64,000 nt of DNA from Malacoraja senta (Eukaryota), in contig JAXLNO010000193.1 of assembly GCA_038087875.1 (NCBI GenBank), positions 1-64,000 on the forward strand. Direction: 5' to 3'. Of this stretch, positions 51,364 through 62,239 are shown in pieces (the first letter of the stretch is position 1; each line of letters opens with the position of its first letter). The notes beneath the pieces were generated by a model, which searched no databases, had not been told where the DNA came from, and saw only the letters and a program-made list of their open reading frames with translations. The position numbers and the translations under genes were made by a program.

Positions 51364-51550
51364 AGAAACATAGAAACATAGAAAATAGGTGCAGGAGTAG
51401 GCCATTCGGCCCTTCGAGCCTGCACCGCCATTCAATATGATCATGGCTGATCATCCAACTCAGTATCGTGTACCTGCCTTCTCTCCATACCCCCTGATCC
51501 CTTTAGCCACAAGGGCCACATCTAACTCCTTCTTAAATATAGCCAATGAA
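51364..51550 (-). mobile_element. CR1-type (HER1-like) LINE 3' tail
   Basis: (agaaacat)n tail followed by aaataggtgcaggagtaggccattcggcccttcgagcc; homologous to the reverse complement of 52590-52750. Confidence 0.8.
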
Positions 51551-52414
51551 TTTTGTTGGAATGTTGAAATCTTCCACTCAATTTCCATTACTCACCAAGA
51601 TAAATTTATAAAATAGGCGGTACTGGTTTCTGGGTCTCTGATTAATTGTCAGCACAATGCTGCCTACGAAGTGTGGCATTGCAACAGCCCAATTTCCAGT
51701 GTTGTATTCAAAAGCAGTTAGAAACTTACCAACAGAAGGCTTTGTGCTTTTCCCTCTGCATTGTTGGAAGAGGTAGAGACTGTGAGCTGGGGCAGCAGAA
51801 TGTAATCTTCATCATCGAGGAAATGATAGTCTTCACCTTCTGCTGTGTCAGTGAAAGCTACTGGAAGTACTGAGGATAAGGCCATTATGTTCTATGTATT
51901 TTGTGTTCTTGTGAAAAATGTATGTCACCTGAATGTTAAGCTGAAGCCAATTTTCAAGGTTCACTGTTTTGAGGTGGGGCCCACATTATTATGATGATGA
52001 TAATGATGATGATACCTGTAGTACCTTGTACCCTGGAGAATGCTGTCATATAATAGCAGTTTGAAACCCTCTTATATTTTAGCTGAACTGACATTCCAAA
52101 GGTTATAAACCTAGACACCCTGCTGAAAGGAGTTTTATTGTCAGGAACATACTGTACTGCAAATTGAGAACTGAGTGATGATGCAGAAGACAGTACAAGC
52201 AATTTTGGTGTCATTAAAAATGTGACCTGTTATAATTTTTACATGGAGGGTGAGTCAAATGGTTGAGATGTGTGACTGCAACAAGCAATGAAATATCCCT
52301 ATGATAGAGATCCCTCTAGAATGAACCATGATAGAGATCCCTCTAGAATGAACCATGCTTCGGTCGTGATTTTTATTGAATGGTAAATCAGGCAAGAAGG
52401 ACTGAGAGGCCTAC

Positions 52415-52752
52415 TCACTAGAATTTAGAAGGATGAGAGGGAAACCAGAGGTGACAGTTTAAGAATAAGGTGTAAGCCATTTAGGACTGAGATGAAGAAA
52501 AATGTTTTCACCCAGAGAGTTGTGAATCTGTGGAATTAATTATCTGCCACAAAAGGCAGTGGAGACCAATTCACTGGATGTTTTCAAGAGAGAGTTAGAT
52601 TTAGCTCTTAGGGCTAAATGAATCAAGGGATATGGGGGAAAAGCAGGAACGGGGTACTGATTTTAGATGATCAGCCATGATCATATTCAATGGTGATGCT
52701 GCCTCGAAGGGCCAAATGGCCCACCTGCACCTATTTTTCTATGTTCTATGTA
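52415..52752 (+). mobile_element. CR1-type LINE 3' fragment
   Basis: cactagaatttagaaggatgagaggg...cagagagttgtgaatctgtggaat...gatcagccatgatcatattcaatgg...tctatgttctatg. Confidence 0.8.
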
Positions 52753-53474
52753 TTCCTGCCACTATTTCTCATCAGTGAATCAAAGAGAAAATGACAATGA
52801 GGTTTGGTTGTTAAGTTTGGTAGAAACTCTGCACCCTTTGCCAGTCCTTTAGCAACTTTTGCCCTCTTACACAGCCTCCTCAGAAATATCAGGGCCTGAA
52901 AATTTTGACAATTATGAATGGGCAAATTATTTATTTTCTTATATATTTTATATTATAATATATTTTATATTATTTTACTTCATATATATATAGATAGATA
53001 TGTATTCAAGATTCAAGAGAGTTTATTGTCATGTGTCCCAGATAGGACAATGAAATACTTACTTTGCTTCAGCACAACAGAATATAGTAGGCATGAATAC
53101 AGAACAGATCAGTGTGTCAATATCTATATTACTAAAACTAAGATCTTGACCACTTTCTGACTTTCTGTTTCGTGATTTCTGAAAGAACGCCACCACTTAC
53201 AGCCATCATTTTTGGCCACCTCGCTCAGTCCCCCTCCGCCGGATTGGACCGGAGCATTATTCCCATCGATGAAAAATCAAAGAGTTATTAACGTTTTTAA
53301 AAATGTCGCCATTCTCTCTGCTTCCCCCGCTGGCGGCAGGGGGGAAGGACTCTAAAACCCGGAAGTGACATGCCTCACTCAGTCTCTGCGAGATGGAGGA
53401 AGCGAGAGGGTCACGACTCTCTGAGCTGCGAATAACACTGACACAGTCTACTCGATGGTGAGTCCCCTCGATGT

Positions 53475-53714
53475 GGTTGTAAAGTGTTTGCCAAATTGTT
53501 TGTCTTGGCTTTAAAAAAAATGTTTTCAGAAAATGTATTGGTTGTAAAGTGTTTGCCAAATTGTTTGTCTTGGCTTTAAAAAAAATGTTTTCAGAAAATG
53601 TTTTGGTTGTAAAGTGTTTGCCAAATTGTATGTCTTGGCTTTTAAAAACATGTTTTCAGAAAATGTATTGGTTTTAAAGTGTTTGCCAAATTGTTTGTCT
53701 TGGTTTTTAAAATG
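53475..53714. repeat. 65-bp tandem repeat, ~3.7 copies, inside the Helitron
   Basis: Unit ggttgtaaagtgtttgccaaattgtttgtcttggctttaaaaaaaatgttttcagaaaatgtatt starts at 53475, 53540, 53605 and 53670. Confidence 0.95.
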
Positions 53715-54304
53715 GTTGCAACAGTTTTCGGATGGATAAAGCGTGAATAATCATTTTATTAGATCAGGACTGTAATTGCAAAATTGGCGCTAATTCCGTG
53801 ATTTAGTGGCAAGATGGCACCGATTACGTCATTTCCGGTTAGCGGCAAGCTGGCGCCGAGTGCGTCATTTCCGGTTCGTGGCAAGAAGCGAGAGGGTCAC
53901 GTCAAGATGGTGCTGTGCAGAAGACGCCGTTGAATAATTCAAGAGAGCTGACGGCTCTGTCAATGGTGAGTGTGTTTGTTGGACATTATTTAAAGCACGT
54001 TTTTGCTTCAGCAGCAGCAGCCTCTACAGGAGGCTTTAAACGTTTGAATCATTCAGTTTACACACTGTTTACACACCTCAAGACGCTGCTATAGGATGCC
54101 CCCCTCCTGAAGCCGCCCCCATCACCCGCTGCAGGACACCCTCTCCCTCATCAGCCCACGAGAGCCCCTGCCTGAAGCCATTCCCCTTCCCTCGGCTGCA
54201 GGATGTTTGCCACCCCCCACCCCACCCCGACAGCCCTCGCCTCAAAAACATGTTTTGCACAAATTCTTCAGTGAGTCCAGAGGATTGAGAATTACAACAA
54301 AACA

Positions 54305-54721
54305 ATGGAATTCTTTAATTTGCCACAACCAAGAAATGGAAGGATGCACCTTGATGATGACAATCCAGAATTGCTGCAGGAATTGCAATACGATAGAACT
54401 GAACTACAGCAATTTGTTGAGGAGAATGGGCCTCTGCTGAATGCTGAGCAGAGAGCAGTGTATGCACTCAATTTAACAGAAGGTGAAGACATTCCCCTTC
54501 AGCAGACCCAATTCCCCATTCGATCAAGTTTTGCTATGAAGATCCATAAACCACAAGGACAAACAATGCAGAAGGTGTTGATCTACCTCGACAAACCGGT
54601 ATTTCAGCATGGAAAACTATATGTGCCTCTTAGCCGAGGAAAGATTAAGGGAAATGTCAAAGTTTTCCTGAAGGATGGAACATCGACCAAGAAAGTTGTC
54701 ATTAAAAGCGTGCTTCGTTGA
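54305..54721 (+). pseudogene. Helitron RepHel PIF1-like helicase remnant with most of the helicase core deleted
   Basis: [10 protein letters not shown] (just before the Walker A region) is joined almost directly to [19 protein letters not shown]...[14 protein letters not shown] (PIF1 motifs V-VI, degenerate). Confidence 0.85.
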
Positions 54722-55124
54722 ATGATGACTTCTGAGATAAATTCTCAGATTTTAATTGTTAAAATTTGACCACTCAATCTTTATATATTTAAATTGTCTT
54801 TTTATCAACAGCAAAGAGACATAAAGACGCAGTGAGCAGCAACAAGTGACACAACAAGAAATAACTTAATAATTCTCATCTTTAACATTTAAATTGTTCT
54901 TATTTTTTAAGTGTCATTCACATTTTAAACTTTAATAAATCCTTTTTCCACTTTTCATGCCTGTGTGTTCTTCATCACAATGGGAACCTAATGGGCAGGA
55001 ATGGATGCTCTGTGGGAGAGCCACTAAGAGTGCATTGGGGGAGGTTGAGGGGAGATGGACTGAATGCGTGGGGGGAGGGGAATGGCAAGGAGCAGAGTTG
55101 GGGGGTGAAGGGAGGAGGGGTCAC

Positions 55125-55323
55125 TGAGTGAACTGCCAGCATACCAGGCGTGAGTGACTGCACTGCCAGCCCACCAGCCGTGAGTAAGTGAACTGCCAGC
55201 CCACCAGCTGTAAGTGACTGAACTGCCAGCCCACCAGCCATGAATGACTGCACTGCCAGCCCACCAGCCATGAGTAAGTGAACTGCCAGCCCACCAGCCA
55301 TAAGTGACTGAACTGCCAGCCCA
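55125..55323. repeat. 30-bp minisatellite (~6.5 copies) inside the Helitron
   Basis: Unit ccaccagccRtRagtRaStgMactgccagc in exact 30-bp register. Confidence 0.95.
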
Positions 55324-58300
55324 ATAATCCATTCAGTCCATCCTCTCCCCCTTCACACTCACAGTCTGTCACCTGTTTTGGGCAGAATTTCTGGCAGTTT
55401 CTCAGCTGCCAGCCTGCCAGGTCTGAGTGACTGTACTGCCAGGCCTCAGTGACTGAGCTGCCTGGCCTCAGTGACTGAGCTGCCAGCCCACGAATCCATT
55501 CGGCCCACAATGTCCATACTAGCCCTCTGGAAACCAGTCCCTTTGGCCCACAAGACCCATACTAGCGCAACAGAAAGCACCCCTCCCCACTGGCCAGCAA
55601 TATTGGAATTGGTGGAGAGGTGGAATATTGCGTTGGGTGACCAGACCTCCTGTGTCATGCTGGGACCCAACGGGTCCCACTTAGTCTAGTACTATTATAT
55701 AAATATATACACACATGAATAAATAAGCAAATAAAGTGCAAATAAACAAATAATGGTCGATTAATGTTCAGAGTTTTGTTTCAGTTCAGTTTAATAGCCT
55801 GATGGCTGTGGGGAAGTAGCTATTCCTGAACCTGGGCGTTGCAGTCCTCAGGCTTATGTACCTTCTACCTGAAGGTAGCAGGGAGATGAGTGTGTGGCCA
55901 GGATGGGTCCTTGATGATGCTGCCAGCCTTTTTGAGGCAGCTACTGCGATAGATCCCCTTGATGGTAGGGAGGTCAGAGCCGATGATGGACTTTGCAGTG
56001 TTTACTACTTTTTGTAGTCTTTTCCGCTCCTGGGTGCTCAAGTTGCCGAACCAAGCCACGATGTAACCAGTCAACATGCTCTCTACTGTGCACCTGTAGA
56101 AGTTAGAGAGAGTCCTCCTTGACATACCGACTCTCCGTAATCTTCTCAGGAAGTAGAGGCGCTGATGTGCTTTCTTTATAATTGCATCAGTGTTCACGGA
56201 CCAGGAGAGATCTTCAGAAATTTGCCCAGGAATTTGAAGCTCTTGACCCTCTCCACCATCGACCCGTTGATATAAATGGGACTGTGGGTCCCCATCCTAT
56301 CCCTTCCAAAGTCCACAATCAGTTCCTTGGTTTTGTTGGTGTTGAGGGCCAGGTTATTGTTCTGGCACCATTTGGTCAGTCGGTCGATCTCTCTTCTATA
56401 CTCTGACTCGTCCCCATCAATGATATGTCCCACAACAGTGGTGTCGTCAGCGAACTTGATGATGGAGTTCACACTATGACTGGCTACGCAGTCCTGAGTA
56501 TAGAGTGAGTACAACAGGGGGCTGAGCACGCAGACTTAAGGTGCTCCCGTGCTGATTGTTATCGAGGCTGACACATTTCCACCAATACGAACAGTCTGTG
56601 GTCTGTGGATGAGGAAGTCGAGGATCCAATTGCAGAGGGATGCGCAGACACCCAGATCTGAGAGCTTGGTAACCAGCTTGGAGGGGATGATTGTATTAAA
56701 TGCCGAGCTGTAATCAATGAATAACAGCCTGACATATGGGTTTTTGTTGTCTATATCTATATATATATATATCTATATATATATATATCCTTGCTGTTAT
56801 TAATTTGACCTTCAGTTAAGGCAAATAAGAGTTAAAATGAGCAAGGGAGAACTGTTTACACAGTAGCATGGACCTAACTCTATTTTAACAATCAATATTG
56901 TCGAACACAATGAATAGAGATGTAAACATAGAAACTAAATTGAGGGAAGGGGTTAGGAAATTAGTGATGGGTATATATTTTCTCTGGCATATCTTAATAG
57001 GTTAAGCTATTATCTATAAAAGTATTTTATATAAAATTATAAAAATATATAATTTGCAGCAGAGTATTCGTATTGATGGTACATTGTCATACACAATATT
57101 ACACAATCTTTACAATATAAGCCTGAAAGGAGTCTTGTCACCATAAGAATATCTCTTTTAAAAATATGGTATGTAGGAGAGCTACTGCTTTTCCACAAAT
57201 GGTGCTTTAATGATTTTTAAACCCCTTGCAAATGGTTTGTCTGATGTTAAATTTCTGCTAAATCTTTTTTGCCACCTTACATCTATTTTCTCTTTAAAAT
57301 AAAGTATATTTTTTATGTTTAAGAAGGAACTGCAGATGCTGGAAGTCGAAGGTAGACAAAAATGCTGGAGAAACTCAGCGGGTGAGGCATTCTTCAAGGT
57401 CTCGACCCAAATTTTTTAATGTTCTTTTGACCACTATTTCCTGTCCTAATATCATTGTGTCTATCAGTGTCAAAATGTATTTGACTGCTCTGCTGTGACA
57501 CACCCTTGGATATTTTACCACACAGCAAGTTGTAAAAGCAAGGTGTAGTTGCCATACAGCTGATAAGCAGATACTTCATTTCATACAGTCTTCAATATTT
57601 ATCTAGATGAATAGCTGCCAAGTTCCTTTGGGTGGTGAATGCCTGTTTAAATGGAGAATGAATGTAATTTCTCCAAATAAAAGTATGCTTCACATGATCC
57701 TTTGCAACATGGTTCTATGTATATCATGTACAAACCCAAGCTCCACAAAAGTTATAACCTCATCTTTTGGTGATATTTTATAATTTATGAGATCCATAAA
57801 CTGTTTAACATTGAGACATAGTTGGTTACTCATCTACAGAGTTTAGAAAGTTGAGATAACGTCATTCTAATTGAAATTTCACACCAACATAAACCAATAT
57901 AATGCATTGTTGAAAGATTAACTACAAAAAGTAATGCAAGCATTTATTCCAATCATTTCTAAATGCTATTTATTACAATGTTAGTGGAAAATAGTTTTGT
58001 AAGCGGAATCATTAATGAATTGAACTGTGATTAGTGTCTCTCTGTGTTAAGTGGTAAATGTTCCTGGAATCCAACAGTCATCTTCAGATGTAATGAAATA
58101 CTGCAGCACCTTTTTCTGTTATACCACACATTTCCTTTCTTCCCTTTAATGGCACATTGATTTGAATTAAGAGGGAGAAGGCCACTGAGTCCTTTGAATT
58201 GCACTACCATTCAATAACATGATGGTTGATATTTTACCGCAGTTCCAACTTCCACTGTATCCCCATTTGTACTGATTCATTTTGGTACCTGAAAATACCA

Positions 58301-58403
58301 TCTATACAAATGCATGTAAAAAAATGAAAATAGAGCATTCACAGTGCCCTTGATGTAAAGAATTTCAAATATGTCCACACTCTGAGGGAAGTAATATCTA
58401 GAC

Positions 58404-58520
58404 AGGGCAGCGCAGTGGTGCAGTGGTAGAGTTGCTGCCTTACAGCGCCAGAACCAAGGGGTGCTGTCTGTATGGAGTTTCTATGTTCTCTGGTCAGTGG
58501 TGACCCACAGGTGTTTGGTG
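58404..58520 (+). mobile_element. V-SINE (HE1-like) 5' fragment with internal deletion
   Basis: gggcagcgcagtggtgcagtggtagagttgctgccttacagcgccaga...gctgtctgtatggagtttctatgttctc. Confidence 0.7.
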
Positions 58521-59063
58521 GCATTGTTCTTGAATATCAAAGAAAAGTGGTTAGACCCTTTCTGTTGGTGATGGCCATTACCTGGCACAAATGTTACTTG
58601 TCAGAATATTTGCACCAGGGAGGAAATGCCAAAGACTAGGGGGCTTAGCATTAAGGTGAGAAAGGAAAAGTTTAAGGGTGATGTGTGGGTCATGCTTTTT
58701 ACATAGAGAGCTGTGGGTACCTGGAATATGCTGCAAAGAATTGTGGTAATGGTAGATATCATAGTGGCATTTAAGAGACCTTTGGCCAGGCCAGCCACAT
58801 GTGGCGGCAGGCAGTAGATAGAACTGTTTAAACTTAACTTTTATAACTTTGTTGGTGCTAAAACATGCCGACAATTGTGTACTGCCTAGGTGAGGCCTGC
58901 TACATGATTTTACCAGGTTGTATGCGAAACAACGCATTTCACTGCACCTAGGTACATGTGACAATAAAGTATCATTGAATCATTGAGAAGTTTAAGACTT
59001 TGCAGTTGCAATCTTCTGTATTGCAATATCAGTGTAGCCGAAAGAATACACCAAACATGGCAT

Positions 59064-59156
59064 GCTGAAGAAGGGTTTCGGCCCGAAACGTTGCCTATTT
59101 CCTTTGCTCCATAGATGCTGCAGCACCCGCTGAGTTTCTCCAGCATTTTTGTGTAC
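59064..59156 (+). mobile_element. 93-bp PLE mini-insertion beginning at the hammerhead-like core, 8-bp TSD
   Basis: TSD catggcat at 59056-59063 and 59157-59164. Motif CTGAAGA-A-GGGT(TTCG)GCCC-GAAAC-GTT at 59065-59092. Confidence 0.85.
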
Positions 59157-59269
59157 CATGGCATTATAATCTCTGGGTTAGTCAATGACGTTGAATGCAT
59201 AGGATTAAGTATTAAAAATATTTTCTGCCATTGAATGTTTACTTCAGATTATAGATCATAGAACATGAA

Positions 59270-60910
59270 ACAGTACAGGTACATGTGACAATAATAAACT
59301 AAACTAAAACTGAAAAACTAAAACAGAGGACCAGGCACTTCTGCCCACAATGTCTATGTCGATCATTATGCAAGTTAAACTAATCTCTCCAAACTACTTG
59401 TGATCCATCCCAGCATATTCCCAGCATATCTATGTGCCTTCTAAAATCTCCCAAAATCCTACTATCATATCTGCTTCCACATCACCCCGAGCACAGCATT
59501 CCAGACACCCACGACTCTCTGAGTAACATCTCTTCATACAGTATCTCCTTTAAACCACCCCCCTCTGAGCTTATAGCTATGCCCTGTAGTCTTTGACATT
59601 TCCACCATAAGAAAAGTTCTGACAGCCACTCATTATTTTATAAACTGACTGCCGTGAAGGGGGGGGGGGGGATGGAAGAACAATGGGGGGACCGTCGTGA
59701 TGGAGGGGGGAAGAATAATGGACAATGGAGGACCCGCTGTGGAGGGGCTGCCATGAGGGAGGGGGGTGGGGGGAGAAGAACAAAGGGGGACCTGGCACGG
59801 GGGAGGGGAATTTGTACCTTAGTAAGTGCCCTTTATGGACGACCATTTGCATACTTTAGGTATTCAAGCAAAGAATTTTGCTGTGTCTTGTCACTTATGA
59901 CAATAAAGTAGTCAATTCAATTCAATTCAACTTCTATCAGATCTCCCTCAACCTCCATACTCCAGAGCAAAACAATCCAAGTTTGTCCTACATTTCTTCA
60001 ACTAACACCTTCTAATCCACATTCTTCCTGTAATTGGGCAACCTATTACTGAATGTTCCCCTTTATAACCACGAATTGGGCAACAGCACTGCTAATGCGA
60101 GCAAACCAAACTTCTTTGAAGCTAAGTTATCACTTTCTGATTCTTATATGCAATGACTTAACCAATTAAAGCAAGTACACCATATGTCTTCTTTCTACTC
60201 TATCTACCGCGTTGCCACCATCAGAGAGCAACCTTTGACTTGGTCACCAAGATCCCTCTGTACAACAATGCTATTGATGATCTTGCCATTAACTGTATAC
60301 TTTTCCCTTACCTTCGACTTCCCAAGTGTAACACCGTACAGTTGTTCGGATCAAGTTCCATCTGTCATATTTGTAATGGATCTAAATACCACTGTATTCT
60401 TTGAGATCCTTCTTCACTGTCCCCAACTCCACCAATTTTGGTGTTGTCTGCAAACTTACTAACCAACCCATCTATATTTATGTCCAGGTCATTAATCATA
60501 AGCAACAGAGGTTGCAGCACAGATTCCTGTAGAACACCACTGGTCCAAGACCTCCGGTGAGAATAACACCCTTCTCTTCTCACCCTCCAGTGAGAATAAC
60601 ACCCTACGCTTTTTTTTATGAGTAAGCCAGTTCTGAATTCAAACTATCAAGTCACTGAGAATACCATGCATCTTGATATTTTAGATCAGTATACATCTGT
60701 GAACTTTGTCAAATGTTTACAAAATTCCAAGTAGACAACATCCACTGCCCAGCCATCATCAATCATCTTTGTCACTTTCTCAAAAAACTCAATCATTAAT
60801 TAGTCACAACCTGCTGTGGATAAAGCCATGCTGACTGTCCCTAATTATTCCAATCTTTTCCAGATGTAAGTAAATCTTATCCCAAGGAATCCTCTCCAAC
60901 TGATGTGAGG
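59270..60910 (-). mobile_element. Decayed CR1-clade LINE (RT to 3' end) with a G-rich SINE-like insertion at ~59647-59930
   Basis: TSGVLQESVLQPLLLMINDLDINIDGLVSKFADNTKIGGV (60365-60583). The insertion ends in tgacaataaagtagt(caatt)n. Confidence 0.8.
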
Positions 60911-61231
60911 CTCAAATTGATAATTATTATCCAAATCATCCACATTGTACCTGTAACCTCTTTAAATTCACAAAGGGGTGGTCACTGGCTATACCAGTTG
61001 TGTTACTGAGGAAGAAATAGATGTTGGTGAGGGGGAAATATATTTTTCAATTAAGCTCACAAGAACAAGGAGGAGTTTCCCATCTAGTATGTTCAGATTG
61101 ATCAATTCACCGTTGGCCCCATGCAGAAAATGCACAAAAAAAGTAACACCCTTCCCTTGTCCTTGTTTTGGAATGACAGTTGTTTTAAAATCAATATCAA
61201 TGAATTTCAGAAATAGAGTACAACACACAGT

Positions 61232-61363
61232 ATCTGAAGAAGGGTCTCAACATAAAATGTCACCCATTCCTTCTATCCAGAGATGCTGCCAGTCCCTGCC
61301 TGAGTTACTCCAGCATTTTGTGTCTATATTCGTTGTAAACCAGCATCAGCTGTTCTTTCCGAC
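61232..61363 (+). mobile_element. 132-bp PLE mini-insertion beginning at the hammerhead-like core, 12-bp TSD
   Basis: TSD acaacacacagt at 61220-61231 and 61364-61375. Degenerate core CTGAAGA-AGGGTCTCAACAT-AAAATGTC at 61234-61261. Confidence 0.85.
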
Positions 61364-61799
61364 ACAACACACAGTTGCTTCTATATTATGTTCCCCTTTA
61401 TAACCACGAATGAATGGTGTCTACATAGATAAATACAGGTAGTGATAAATTAGTCCTCTGCTATGTTTTTTGGACAAGATATTTGAAAATTTGTGCTTTT
61501 GTGTAAATCTCAAACACACCGGCATTATATGGGAATTATTTGTTTGAAAAAATCAATTTAGGGGACATAATCTGTGGTGCCAAACACTTCTTGAGTGCTG
61601 CAGCTCAATATAGGTCATGAAATTCAGCACTGGAAAATTCATTGGCCACCCACATATTTTCATAGTACTCCATTTAATTGGCCACTCATACTTGGCACTT
61701 CGTCCTGCAGACTGGAAACTGGCTGAGGAATCAAGAGGCATTTCCAACTTTGTGTGCGGTCCATTGGCATTTGTACAGTTATTGCCATGGCAGGTTCAA

Positions 61800-62200
61800 T
61801 ATATTGGGACAGGAAAGTAAGCACGAATGTGACAGCTATACATAGGTTGAACGTGTGCAGTGATTGTATATTCTCCCTATGTGGTGAGGGTGAAATTTAG
61901 CTGTGCCTTTAGCATCATCTCATCTCCCAGATGAGATCAATTGTCATCTCCCAGAAAACTTGCATCAATTTCCTCCATCCCAAACATACTAAAAGAAAAT
62001 GTCAAAATAACCGAGGAAATCCTGGAGATAGTGGACGTCCTTTGCCTTGAACTTAAAGTCTTCCAGTAGGACCTTCCTCACAAAGTAGCCCAATGGTTTA
62101 TGAGGTTTCCATCACTCGGGTTCTTCATTGTCCTTCAGTCACATTTGTCGAAAATGTGAGAAAAGGGGAGATGCTCCCTCCCTGAGCTATTGCTTTTGTG
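61800..62200 (-). mobile_element. Tx1-type ORF1 (ZCCHC3-like) relic
   Basis: Minus strand ~61998-62091 translates to GYFVRKVLLEDFKFKAKDVHYLQDFLGYFDI, resembling the N-terminal region of Tx1 ORF1/ZCCHC3-like proteins. Surrounded by stops; boundaries approximate. Confidence 0.5.
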
Positions 62201-62239
62201 GTCTTGTCCACAAACATATACATTTAATAACTAGGGGGC

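Larger units (their letters stand above)
53123..55689 (+). mobile_element. Non-autonomous Helitron (2567 bp) with both termini intact
   Basis: A|TCTATATTACTAAAA 5' end. 3' hairpin tgggaccc-aac-gggtccca (55661-55679) followed by CTAG|T. Inserted between A and T with no TSD. Contains an internal PIF1-like helicase remnant. Confidence 0.93.
53003..56750 (-). mobile_element. 5'-truncated Rex1/Babar-clade LINE whose 3' UTR is split by a Helitron
   Basis: RT LSPLLYSLYT...IIKFADDTTVVG...KTKELIVDF (56194-56529) and KKAHQRLYFLRRLRR (55865-56197). 3' tail (tcttgaa)n at ~53004-53017; the UTR continues at 55690. Confidence 0.88.

Noticed and set aside
53475..53714. 65-bp periodic repeat with a CRISPR-like period
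   Set aside because: Whole units are nearly identical, so there are no variable spacers; it is a simple tandem array.
55125..55323. Regular repeats that could look like a CRISPR array or a repeat protein (ORFs 54975-55301, 55024-55332, 55121-55510)
   Set aside because: No unique spacers and no cas genes, in a eukaryotic context. The ORFs are by-products of a 30-bp stop-free minisatellite inside a Helitron.
60978..61403. 141-aa plus-strand ORF and overlapping 79-aa minus-strand ORF
   Set aside because: No recognisable domain; the plus ORF runs through a PLE mini-insertion.
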